A stretch of 64,000 bases of DNA from Histomonas meleagridis 2922-C6/04-290x (Eukaryota; Protista; Parabasalia), in contig JAANOX010000276.1 in the NCBI GenBank assembly GCA_020184695.1, positions 124,001 to 188,000 on the forward strand, read 5' to 3'. The position numbers were made by a program, and so were the translations under genes. The notes beneath the pieces were generated by a model. That model saw only the letters and a list, made by a program, of their open reading frames with translations. It did not search any database and was not told where the DNA came from. This document shows positions 1-12,070 of this stretch, piece after piece. Within the stretch, counting starts at the first letter, position 1; every line of letters begins with the position of its first letter.

Positions 1-611
1 ATATTTATATTTGTAATAAGAAAAACAATCCTCAAATGCATAATCTTCAATTAATTGAACAGAACTAGGAATATTAACAATACCTTCTACTACTTAGGGA
101 CATAATATTACTTTTTGATATGTTTTTTTATCATAAACAATTCCATCATTATTATAATTCGAATAGATTTCATTATTTTCAGAGATTTTAATTGCCTTTA
201 ATTTTGTGCATGCATCAAATGCAGATTCATTAATTAGGGAAACTGAAGAAGAAATTTCAATTTGCTCTAAATTTAAACACCTATAAAACGCAAATTCTTG
301 AATTTTTTCAACAGAATCTGGAATTATAACATTTGTTATCTGCCTGCAATCAGAAAAAGAGGAATATCCTATTGATTTTACAGAATTGGGGATATTTATA
401 TTTGTAATAAGAAAACAATCCTCAAATGCATAATCTTCAATTAATTGAACAGAACTAGGAATATTGACAATACCTTCTACTGCTGATGGACATAATATTA
501 CTTTTTGATATGTTTTTTTATCATAAACAATTCCATCATTATTATAATTCGAATAGATTTCATTATTTTTCAGAGATTTTAATTGCCTTTAATTTTTGTG
601 CATGCATCAAA
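1..611. repeat. Internal duplication in BspA gene (about 1-219 repeated at about 392-611)
   Basis: Near-identical ~220-nt blocks offset by ~391 nt with a few substitutions and a 1-nt A-run difference. Confidence 0.9.
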
Positions 612-781
612 TAAAAAGCATGGCTATCAATCACAAATACATTGCTCCCAATTTGCAGTTTTGAAAAATGACCAATGGTTTCAATATCATCTCGTGTAAT
701 AGTTGAAACATTAAAGACTTTAAGAGTATCATTTTCGAGAATAAAGTTACAGCATGTGAAAATAGGAAGAAGGTAAAACAT
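1..781 (-). CDS. BspA-like (LRR_5) surface protein, N-terminal part; frameshifted, runs off window start
   Basis: Reading across frames gives MFYLLPIFTCCNFILENDTLKV...IDSHAFY...NNEIYSNYNNDGIVYDKKTYQKVILCPSAVEGIVNIPSSVQLIEDYAFEDCFLITNINIPNSVKSIGY..., i.e. typical TpLRR/BspA repeats. Several frame breaks occur, mostly at A/T runs. Confidence 0.75.
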
Positions 782-830
782 GTATAAAAATAAATGCCAT
801 CTTTGGCAAATTTAAAATTCAATTGTTCAA

Positions 831-1212
831 ATGTTTTTCTTGATCCCTATTATCATTGTTGCCAGACAATCAACAGAAAATAATGAGGAAAACAGTGCTA
901 AGCCAGGACTTTTAGTTAATGTTAAAGGAGATCTTGATTTCAACGAATTAATAGATCAAATCAGCAAAATAGTAGGTTTCTTGCTAACAGCAAAAAATGA
1001 AATTCCAACAAATGGAGGTGGTAGATTTATTACAGGTGTTGATTCCGGTAATGTTTATGCATTTTTTTTACCATCCGTCAAAGAGACACAGAGTTTCATG
1101 TAGACCAGGACATGGCCAAAGAATTCAACCAAAAGATCCAGTATGGTTTGAGGCAAATGAATGGGCCTATGTTATTCTTAAATCAGCCTGGTATGGAGGT
1201 AATCGATGCTGA
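831..1212 (+). CDS. Putative secreted lactococcin 972-like (bacteriocin-type) protein, ~126 aa after correcting one T-run frameshift
   Basis: ORFs 831-1103 and 997-1212 join if one T is removed from the T8 run at 1062-1069. Product: hydrophobic N-terminus, then ...GGGRFITGVDSGNVYAFFYHPSKRHRVSCRPGHGQRIQPKDPVWFEANEWAYVILKSAWYGGNRC. The motif pattern (G-x-F/W-x2-G...Y-x3-Y/H-H-x-S-K-x-H...WA...AW-x-G-G-N) resembles the Lcn972 family as I recall it. Confidence 0.6.
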
Positions 1213-1629
1213 GTATGATGATGAATAAATCTAGATTAAGTGTAAGAACTTCAATCGATTTATTTAATTTTTAATAATTAAATAATTTTTAAATATATTT
1301 TAAAAAAATTTTTAATATTATTTTATATTATTTAATGTTTTTTTATAATGTTTTATGTTATTACCATATAATAATTTAGCTATTTAAAAAAATATTATTC
1401 GATTTTTGATAAAAATGCCATTTTTGCTAAAAAAAATGCCATTATAATCCAAAATTTCATCAAAATATTTGCATGTAGGAATACAACAGATTATTTTAAA
1501 ATGTATATTGTTGATTGAAAACATGTGTTTTGATCAGAATTATTCTAATATTGAATAAAAAATATTATTTTTTTGATATATTAATTTGGGAATTGTATGA
1601 AAAAATAATATAATGATAGCCTAACATAA

Positions 1630-2170
1630 ATTTATGTTATGTACATGCATAAAGCTTCATCAAATTTGTGTATTTTCACTTGTTTATTCATGCTTTTTCA
1701 TATTATCAAATGTTTTATCATGTTCATTCATGTTGTTCTATCTTATCTTGTGCTTATTCATGTTTTTTCTCATTATAAAACTTTTTTTTTTTTTTCTCAT
1801 TTGTATTAATAATTTTTTATGTTTGTTCACATAATTTCATATTTATTCGTGTTATATAATGTTTATAAATTAATTTTGAATGTTATCTCATGATTTTCTA
1901 TGTTATCTCATGTTATATCATATTTATTAATGTTTTTTCATATTATCTCATGATTTAATATGTTGATTCATGTTTATTCATGTTTTTCATTTTTATCTGA
2001 TATTTATTTATGATTTTTTTATGTTATCTCATGTTTATTCATGGATATTCATGATTTTTCTTGTCATAAAATGTTTATTTATTAATTTTAATATTATCTC
2101 ATGTTTGATTTGTTGTTCATTGTTTATTTTCAATGTATTATCTCCATGTTATTCATAATACATGTCATAA
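1630..2170. repeat. Degenerate low-complexity TTATCTCATG/TTATTCATG-type repeat tract
   Basis: Many imperfect copies of tgttatctcatg/tgtttattcatg; similar tracts at ~7200-7480 and ~8140-8240. Confidence 0.6.
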
Positions 2171-2229
2171 TAACATATAGTGAAATTTTTTATATTTTTC
2201 TATGAATTGTGTGACATTTTACACTTAAT

Positions 2230-2385
2230 AATTCCATGAAAATCCATTTTGTTTATCAATATCAATAGATTTCAAGTTATAACATTCGTCAAATGAAGTT
2301 CCATCAATGAAAATTACAGAATTAGATACTTATACTGTTGTTAATGCACTTTGTTCATTAAAAGAAAGTTCTTCTATTTCTTAAA
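2230..2385 (-). pseudogene. Isolated BspA/LRR relic
   Basis: The minus strand reads EELSFNEQSALTTV*VSNSVIFIDGTSFDECYNLKSIDIDKQNG, an LRR_5-like pattern with an in-frame stop. Confidence 0.45.
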
Positions 2386-4160
2386 CAGTATCCCCTATAA
2401 TTACTTATGTAAAATAATGATTAATAAATAGCAATTAATATATATAATAATTTATCATTTTTTATGTTTCATTATGTTCTCTTAATTTGAGTTTGGTTTA
2501 GTATATATTGTATATAATTGAAAAAAGCAAATGAACAGGAAAACATATATATTTCATAAGAATATCAAAAAACATAAAAAAACACATTTGAACACCATAA
2601 ATAACATAAGAATATGAATATTTACATTCGTAAACATATTGACTATGTAATTTACAATATATTATGAGGCTTGTTTTTATTGTAAGCTTTGCCGAATAAT
2701 AACCCAATTTTTTGGGCAAGAAAAAAATAAATTATATATAAATAAAACTATAATATGCTGATGCATTAAATGTCAATATACATATTCTACATAATAAGAT
2801 AATATTTTAAAACTTTTTTCTTACTAACCAGAAATTAGGGTATTTAGATCAATTTATATTTACCCCCTATTCATATATCAATAATATATATTTCGATTTT
2901 ATGAATATATAAATATCTTATTTTATTATCTTAAATGATTATATTTTTTTAGATAATTTATGACTATTTACTCAAACAAGTGAAATAACTGCAGTTATAA
3001 TGTGAAATAAAAGGGTATTTTCATCAAGTAGAGTTGCAAACATAAATTGTTATATAAAATTAACATTGAGTTACGGATGAGAACTTTATTAGCTGACAAC
3101 ATAATTTAATAACTTTCATACTTTAAATATAACATTAGACTTTCATTTGTTATAATATAAATAAAAAACTTCTTTCTAACTTTCATCAATATTTCTCAAA
3201 AATTCATTTGAATGTTGTACGATTGCATTTCTTCTAACAACAGTTAATTTAGATGGGATCAGCTTTGGAACATATTCCATATAGTACAAAGCATACTTGA
3301 AAACTTTTAAATATATTTTTATGTATTGCCTAATATTTAAATAATATGTTTTTGTACTTGCATATGAATATTTTGGAAGGATCTATGTAAATGACTCAAT
3401 TAAGTTACTGTCGTCCATTTCATTAGTATATCGGAATAAGTATGATAAATTCACTGCATTTTTACAAATCATTTTTTTAAATTTCTTATGCATATATAAT
3501 TTTCTCTAACTAGATTATTTAATACTACATACATGATTTTTATATTCTAAATAAATGAGGATGAGATATTTAATTATAAAATTGACATAAATTCAACCAT
3601 GATTTTTCAAACTTTTCTCAATGAAATTTTTGGTCATCACCAAAATTTCAAACAAATTTTTTCATTATCAAATAAAAAGTTTAAAAACTTTAATTCTAGT
3701 TTATTAATACACACATCTTATATAATAAAATAATATTATTCAAAAATATTATTTATTCATTTGATGTAGAGATATGTGAGTCAATTAAAAATTGACCCTC
3801 ATATATTTTTTGATATATATTAAAAATCCATTCATTCTATATTATGAAATTATATTATTAATTTTTTATGAGCTAAATGTCTAGATATCAATGATCATAA
3901 TTTATTCGATTACAAATATATTTAAACAAATTATTTTTATAAAATTTAATTGGATTTAAATGAAATATATTATATTTGATTTATTGAGCTATTTATGAAA
4001 TATTATATGAATTAATTGATTTTGCTGATTATAATATTTGATTATTATCGACTTAAACTAATAAATTAATTTTCTTTTTATGTATACGCTTTTATTTATT
4101 ATTCATATTAATAATAATTCAATATTGTATGCATTATGCGTTTAATATTTATTTGTTATT

Positions 4161-5127
4161 ATGAATTACAATCAGCCTCAACAATTATCTTTCCCGTTTA
4201 TCGATAATACTCTCTCTTATTTTTGGCTTTTTTACGAATGAAGACGCAGCTATTCAATTCGCATTACAGAATGGAGTTATTTATAATCAAATGATGTGTG
4301 AAGAATGTAATTTCGATATGCAGATCTACAGAGATTCTTCAAAAGGATTTGGATACAAATGGATATGCACAAGATGCCACAAATCAAAAAGTATTTTATA
4401 TGGAAGTATTTTTTACTCAGCAAAAATATCACTTTCTAAGATTTTTTATTTATTATATTGTTGGGTATATAAATATTCATGTAAAGATACTGCGAGAGAA
4501 GTAGGAGTGAGCAGAAACACAGTAACTTATTATTTTACTTTATTTAGAAATGCATGTGATGCATATGTTTTATCTTTAGAAGGTCTTGTTGTTGGCGGTC
4601 CTGATAAAACTGTTCAAATAGATGAAACTTTAATGTGTCGAAGAAAATATAATGTTGGACGATGTTTAAATCAAGTGTGGATCTTTGGGGGAATTTGTGT
4701 GGAAGATAGACAATTCTTTTTGTCTTGTTGTACCTGATCGAACAAGAGAAACATTAGAAGAAGAGATTCGTAATCATATATTACCTGAAACAAAAAAATA
4801 ATTTCTGATTGCTGGAAAGCGTATGACTTTCTTGATGATGACAATGATTACGAGCATGAAACTGTTAATCATTCATGTAATTTTGTTGATCCTGAAACTA
4901 AAGCGCACACTCAAATGATAGAAAGACTTTGGAGGGAACTAAAAATTAATAAAAGATATGAAGGAATCCCAGAAAATAAAGTCAATGAACATATATCAGA
5001 GTTCATGTGGAGATGGAATGTTATTCACAATAAGGATCAAATGTTTAGGGCCGCCGTTCAATTAATTGCAGACACAAAGTTTACAAAAGTAATTGATTGC
5101 GATGAAGAAGAAGAAAAGTTGGAATAA
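4161..5127 (+). mobile_element. Merlin / IS1595-family (ISXO2-like) DDE transposase, three homopolymer frameshifts
   Basis: Joined reading: MNYNQPQQ...MMCEEC...WICTRC (Zn-ribbon), HTH, GGPDKTVQIDET (D1), IISDCWKAY (D2), HETVNHSCNFVDPETKAHTQMIERLW (E), ISEFMWR. Breaks at T/A runs near 4226-4231, 4716-4720 and 4790-4798. TIRs were not located. Confidence 0.9.
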
Positions 5128-5240
5128 GTAAAAATTCATATCTTCGATTGTTATGATCATTTTTTATTTCTAGAAAATTGAGGATAGAAATATAAATGAT
5201 ATTTTATTATGTTATTTAAATATCGATTTGTGAAGATTTA

Positions 5241-5730
5241 TGTTACAAATTTCGAAATTTCGAAAATTTAATTTTTGAAAAATATGTATATATTATCTTT
5301 ATTTGATGACATATTTTTATTATATTATTTAAATATTGATTTGTTTAAATTTTTTGTTACAAATTTCGAAATTTTGAAAATTTAATTTTTTAAAAATCTG
5401 TATATATTATCTTTATTTGATAACATATCTTGTTATATTGTTTAGATTTTGTTTTGTTTAAATTTTTTGTTACAAATTTCGAAATTTTGAAAATTTAATT
5501 TTTTAAAAATCTGTATATATTATCTTTATTTGATAACATATCTTGTTATATTGTTTAGATTTTTTTTTGTTTTCAATTTTTGTTACAAATTTTGAAATTT
5601 TGAAAAATTTTAATTTTTAAAAATCTGTATATATTATCTTTATTTGATAACATACCTTCTTATAATGTTTAGATTTTGTTTTTTTTAAATTTTTTGTTAC
5701 AAATTTCGAAATTTTGAAAATTTAATTTTC
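5241..5730. repeat. ~114-bp tandem repeat, 4 full copies plus a partial copy, just 3' of the transposase
   Basis: gttacaaatttcgaaattttgaaaatttaattt... recurs at ~5242, 5356, 5469, 5582 and 5696. Confidence 0.9.
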
Positions 5731-8700
5731 GAAAAAGATCGTCATTAATCAATCCTATATCGTGGTAAACCTTAATGTATTATATACACTTTAGTCCTAT
5801 TAATTTTTTACATTAATTTGATGTCAAAAAAATCATATCAATTTTTAAAAATCAAATAAATTCATTAATATAGCTCATTAATAAACTTGACATATGTTAA
5901 AAACTTCGATAAAATATTATTATATACATAAAAAAATCGGATTCTTTAGGAATAATTAAATCTATAAATTTATCTGATTTCAGATCTCAATCACATTTGT
6001 CATGTTTAGTAATGTACACATATTTAATCACTCGAATTTTGTCCAACCAAACATATTGCAATCTTGAAAAATATAATAATTTTTCGGTAAAATGATGTTC
6101 ATTCAATTATTGAATGATAATTCAATATTTATACAGAAAATTCTGCGTAAAAAGCAGTTAATTCCAAACATTTATTCAAAAAAAGTGAACATGAAGAATT
6201 AATTATTACACACATTCATTTATGAGCGATAATATTATTTTATCTGGTAAATTTTTCATTTTTGTATGAAAAAAATAGTGAAATAATCTATTCTATTTTT
6301 AAAAAATGTTAGAATATTTTTTGAAATATAAATCTAATGAAATATATAATTTTTAATGACAAAAATTGATATAATTTTAATTTGATAATAATCTTTTTTA
6401 AAATCTTACCAAAAACACGGGGATTCAACTTATTCAGAGTCTTATATGTACATGAATGTATATCTTATAATATTTCTAAAGTTACCAAGAAAATAAGTGT
6501 ATAAAGTTATTGTCATAATGCTAATTGATTTTATGGGAAATATGAATTTATCGATCATTTTTTGATATGATTACAATTAGTTCATTTTTTAATCATAGTT
6601 ATAATTAATAATCATTAATAAACAGTATATTAATCTTGAAATAGTTCAACATGAAAACATTTTTTTATTTTAGATCTTAAAAAGTCTTCTTTGTAATTAT
6701 AAATCACTTATATATATATATCCATTGAAATTTAACATTATTAAAGATTTTTATAGGTGATTTCACGAACCTTGATCCAGAAAATAATTGTAATTTACAA
6801 TTTTCATAATTGTAGCATAAATATAATTTTCCGAAAAAATCATTTCTAAATATTTTATAGTTTCCCCTCTATAATAATGAATGAAATCTACGCTCTCTTA
6901 TATATTTTATTTCAAATTCATTAAGTACAATTACTTTTATTACATTTCGAGTTACTACTATTTCTTATGCATAATATAAAGAATTTTTTTTTAAGTTAGG
7001 TATCATAATAATTCATATAATTATATTAAATTTATACATTTTGTTCATTGATAGATCAAGATAACTTAGAATATTTGAAAAAATTTCATTATTTAAATCA
7101 TAAGAGAGAGACTAAATTAAGGTAGAGAAGTCATAATTTATTATAATAAACAAATTAATATAATATTCATATTTAAAAAAATCATATATACTCACATTTA
7201 TTAATTTAATTCATGCTATGTTATATTTGTTAATGGACATGTATATTAAGTGTTTTTCAATGTTATCCTATGTTAACTTTTTTTTCCCCCCCCCCCCCCC
7301 AGTTCTTTATGTTATCTCAACTTTATTCATTTTTATTCTATATTTGATGATGCTATTTCATGCTTATCAAAAATTAATATATTCCATTCTTTTTATCTTG
7401 TTAAATTAAGCTTATTTATGCTTATTCATTTTTAATTATGTGTTTTTCTCCTTGCATGTGGTATGAGTGTTATATGTGTTTATGTGCCGGATGATATATA
7501 TTAAAAGAAAATAGCTAGGAGATTTGCATAATACTTATTATATGATATTTATATTTAAATAATCTTGGAATAATATATTATTTCTCAAGGAAAATTTTAG
7601 TATTACCAAAATTGTTTGTAAAAACTAGTCTTTTACGATTATGGAATCGTAAATGGAGCTTTATAGATATTCATTAACATGTTAATATTATTATAAATGA
7701 TTAAAGGAATAAAATAAGCTAATAAAATTATAATTTTATATACAAATGTCATTAATAAATCTTGTTTTTATGAACACAGCCAAATAATAAATGTTGAAAT
7801 ACCTAATTCTCTTTATTACAATAGAATAACTTATTTTATAGAATATTATTACATGAAATCATAATACCAAAATCAGCGATGTCAATCTCTCCAAAACATT
7901 TTTATCTCATATTGTATTATGTTCATATATGTTAAAACCATGCGATTTTTTTCGTGTTGTATTTCATTCGAATAATAGTAAGGAGGATTTTAATTATTCT
8001 ATTTATTCACAATAAAGTAAGGACACTTAGTTTGAATAAACTTTATACAGTATTGAATCGAAAATTACTTTAAATGAATTCAAATAATATTGTTATTTCA
8101 TTTGATCTATTATATCTTGTAGCTTATTCACTCATGATTCTTCATGTTTACTTATGTTAATTCAAATTCATTTGTGTTTGTATATATACCTACTCATGTT
8201 CATTAATGAATGCTATAGTTAATTCATGTTTATTTATTATTCTTTATGTTGTTTTTTTGAATAAAAAAATCTTGAGAATTGATTTTTAAAATGAATAAAT
8301 CTCAATATTAACTGAATATAAATCAAAATTAATGAAACTTTTAATATATCATATAATTTTAATAAATGTGATAAAGATATTTTTCAACTATTTAATTTTA
8401 AGTGAAAATGATTATCTATAATAAAAAAAATTCGAATATTTTAATATTTAACAAAAAAAAATTAATTATTATTTATGTTTTTTTGGTTTACAGATCAAAA
8501 ATTATGAATGTGTACTGATTTATCAACAAAGCAATATTTTTGGTGGCGACCGTTCAAAGTAAAAAAATCTATTTGGTGACATTTTTATAAATTTTTCAGA
8601 AATTTTTTTATGTAAAAAAATGTAGAACATAGAAATCAAATTTGAGAAGGAATATTTTCTCACAAAAATATTATGAATGGGAATTTTTCAATGCTATTCA

Positions 8701-8779
8701 AAAAATCACGCATAATTGAAAGGCATTTCCACTTTTTGAAAGGAAGGTATTCAAATTCTCCCATTAGGTTGGAGAGTAC

Positions 8780-9412
8780 CTGCAGTTGTTAAAAATTCTA
8801 ATAATTCCTTTGCAATATGCACCCTTTTTGCCTTAATTTCTTCAGTAAGTAAATGTGGTACCCATTTGAAATTTACCTTCCTCATTTGTAATTTGTTTAT
8901 TAAAATATTTTTTTCACAGTTTTTTTATATCAGCATTTGTAATTTTTAGCAATTTTTGGTACTTGCATAAGGGTTTGACGTTAAAAATTTCTGATTTTTG
9001 GCTCTAAATCGGTTCTTTCTGGTCTTCCTTTTCTGGGAAGATCAAAAATCGTACATGTTCCTTCTCGTAACTTTTTTGTTCTATCTTGAATAGTTCTTAA
9101 TGCGGGTGCATCATTTTTATATACATCAAGCAACTCACTATATATGATAGAATTATCTAATCCTTTCTTCCAAAGGAAGTTGATAACTGCGCGGATTTCA
9201 ACCTGAGTTTCATTCATTGAAAATGTTTAACGTTTTTTCTGACAATCCACTTTTCTTGTATGAATTTTTGAACTAGTAAATAAAATGCCTTAGTTTTATT
9301 TTAAAAAATAATTCATTTAGAACATGTACTATTTAATAATATATTTCAATTTCTTATTAAATAACTTCATTACATAAAAAAAAGCTCGCGCAAAGACTTT
9401 TTCCACCCCCTA
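8780..9412 (-). mobile_element. 3'-truncated Tc1/mariner element (5' TIR, HTH domain, WVPHLL motif)
   Basis: ORF 8981-9217 MNETQVEIRAVINFLWKKG...RKGRP is a mariner N-terminal HTH. After a frameshift comes KVNFKWVPHLLTEEIKAKRV. The catalytic DDD region is absent. A TIR-like end TAGGGGGTGGAAAAAGTCTTTGCGCGAGC lies on the minus strand at 9384-9412, abutting a TA. Confidence 0.85.
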
Positions 9413-10290
9413 TATTTAGATTCAAATAGTGAAATAGTAAATGAATTCGTAACAATTAATTCATATGAAATCGTGTGTGTAAATGTTAATGAATATGTTA
9501 AAAGAAACGAAATCGTGAAATTAGAATTAGAATTAATTGGTTTAATGAAAGTATTCAAGTAAAAAAATGTATTTGATTCTGTGAACGTACTAGATTGAGA
9601 GAATATATTCGATTTAGTATATGTATTCGAATTAGTGAAAGTATTTGATGGTATAAATGTATTTGATTTAGTATATGTATTACTTTGAGAAAATGCATTT
9701 GATGGTGTAAACGTATTACTTTGTGTAAATAGATTTGATTTAGTAAATGTATTTGATTTCGTTAATGTATTTGATTGTGTAAATGTTTCCGTTTTAATGT
9801 TTGACAATCCCCAGTCAATATTTTCACATCCTTCAATCGTTGTATCTCGAATTACTTCAAATTCTTCAAATTTGCTTCCTGAATATGATGCTGGAACCAT
9901 AACTGTTGTTGATGGAACCTCATCAAATGCTTTTGAAAACCAAGATATTGATGGAAATGTTGGTTCGTTTTCACCATTAAAAAATATGCATTTGAGTTCT
10001 TCACAATATGCAAATGAACCCCCATAAATTGTTGTAACACTTTTACCAATATAAACTGATGCTAAACTTTCACAATTACTAAATGCAAATGTATTAATTG
10101 TTGTAACTGAATCACCAATATATGCTGAAATAAGATCGTAACATTGAATAAATGCATCTTCGGGAATTTCAGTAATGTTATCTCCTATAATAACATGTAA
10201 GGCTGTTTTTTTATTTCCATCTTCAAATTCATATTCACTATTTATTGTAAATGTCTTAGTTGTAGAATCATAGATTTGAAATGAATTCAT
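9370..10290 (-). CDS. Short BspA-like protein with SNTFT-type repeats; C-terminus interrupted by mariner insertion
   Basis: LRR_5 motifs (ITEIPEDAFIQC, VTTINTFAFSNCESL) and Ser/Asn/Thr-rich 6-aa repeats. The last codons (RGWKKSLRELFFM) come from the mariner TIR. Likely start is MNSFQ at 10290; the upstream ORF extension to 10737 looks spurious. Confidence 0.75.
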   Translation of the reverse strand: MNSFQIYDSTTKTFTINSEYEFEDGNKKTALHVIIGDNITEIPEDAFIQCYDLISAYIGDSVTTINTFAFSNCESLASVYIGKSVTTIYGGSFAYCEELKCIFFNGENEPTFPSISWFSKAFDEVPSTTVMVPASYSGSKFEEFEVIRDTTIEGCENIDWGLSNIKTETFTQSNTLTKSNTFTKSNLFTQSNTFTPSNAFSQSNTYTKSNTFIPSNTFTNSNTYTKSNIFSQSSTFTESNTFFYLNTFIKPINSNSNFTISFLLTYSLTFTHTISYELIVTNSFTISLFESKYRGWKKSLRELFFM

Positions 10291-11813
10291 AAAAAATATG
10301 ACAATAAACAATGAAAATATTTTGATTTTGTGATTATAATTTGTTGTTAATTTATTTTCTTTTAAATGATATAATAAAAATTCAAAACCCAAAAATATTT
10401 GCCTTATAAAAAAAATAAATAGTTCAATGAAAAACAATGAAAATACCATAAAAATTATTAGCAGGTGGAAGTTAAGCAAAAGAAGTGTATGAAAAATCAT
10501 GTTGACATTTTTATAAATATTACACATTTCCAATGCATATTTCTTTTTTGATGAAAAAAATTTATTATTTCCAAAGTAATAAGCACTGTTACAACAAATA
10601 TAAGGCGAAGATGGTACGTCAGTCTTATGCAAACTTTTGATAATTGAGAAATTGAATTTATTTTTGATTTTAAAAAGAAGTGAAACATCGTGAATTATTG
10701 AACAATTATTTGTACCTTGAACAGTATATAATTGCATGAGATATAAATAGAAGTTATGGAATAAAAGATTGATTTATGTGCTTGAATGTTAATGAAAACC
10801 GATCGAAAATTATTTGTAATTTCTGTGAAATCAGTTTTATTGACTTTTTGAATCAAAGCTTTTTCAGTGTGGGTAATTTGGGTAAATATTTTTTGAATTT
10901 CTATTCGATACATGTATTCACATGTTTTATTTTCAAAGGCTCATTGTAGAGAGAATTACTCATGACACATCTGAAATATTTATGTTAAATTTTGCAAAGC
11001 ATAAAAGAAATTCTTTTATTAGACATTTGTTTATGCATCTCATATTATACAAACGAAATTCCTTATTAAACAAAAAGGAATTGATATTAATCCTTAAAAT
11101 ATTTATTTAATATAATATTGATTTAGAGCAGTATTTGAGGTGGAAATATCTATAATTTCATATAACTTTTAGCTGAATCATTGGGTGTCTTTCATCTTTC
11201 GTGTTTATGAACTGACTTTGGCTTTAAAACTATTTTATTTGTTGACATAAGAAAAATTTTTTTGAAATGTAAATTGGAAATGAGAATTTAACAAAAATGA
11301 AGAAGGAGTAGTGATATTTTTGAATATTTTTTTTTACAAAAAATATTTGCTTGTTAGAGAGGTGCCCTATTTTATTTTATATGAAATGAAAAATACATCC
11401 GTGCCCCCCACACGTACCACACCACATATAAATTCTCCTTGAAGAAAACATACATCAACTCTGATGTTTTCATTCTTGAATATTACTACAAATTTGATAT
11501 ATGAATTATTTGCTATTTTCTACAAAGAATAATCATAAAATTATTTAAAGAAAAAGAGTATGCTATGATATATATAACATAGAATGCAATGGTTTTTGAA
11601 TGATAACTTTTACAAGTTTCTTCACTGTTTCTCAAATCATGAGTTTGATTTATTTGGCTTATTTCCTAACATTTATTTGGTGTTGAATATGTAAAACAAC
11701 AAACGTCAGAATAAAAATTTAATAATGTTGTTTGTATCAAAATGATTTAAATGATTATGAAAACAACCATGTTTGCAATTTTTTTCAATGTTACACATTA
11801 AAATCATCATCAT

Positions 11814-11847
<34 letters not shown>

Positions 11848-12070
11848 AATGGTAATCATAACATATAAGATATACAAGTCATGGGTAAATTTTTCATAAT
11901 CAATTGAGTAATCATATTTGATTTCATACCATTCAGTTCAGTTAAAATAGCAAAACCAATGCAAATAATTATTTCATGAAAATAGCCTGGAAAATAAGTA
12001 CGAATTCCAAGAGAAAAATACGCCCATATAAGTTACATGAATAAACCAATTTAGTGATGTTTTTAGTGGA

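Noticed and set aside
1634-2719. Short F/L/I/M-rich ORFs (1634-1834, 1970-2158, 2498-2719; also 7218-7409)
   Set aside because: By-products of T-rich repeat tracts; no motifs.
3251-3266. 16-nt match TTTAGATGGGATCAGC shared with ~52066-52081
   Set aside because: Too short and the flanks do not align; cannot support a repeat family.
10291-10737. N-terminal extension of the 455-aa ORF
   Set aside because: Low-complexity AT-rich F/I/L/K/N sequence with no family signal; BspA similarity starts near 10290.
11817-11844. A28 run as a retroposon tail
   Set aside because: No upstream recognisable element, ORF or target-site duplication found.
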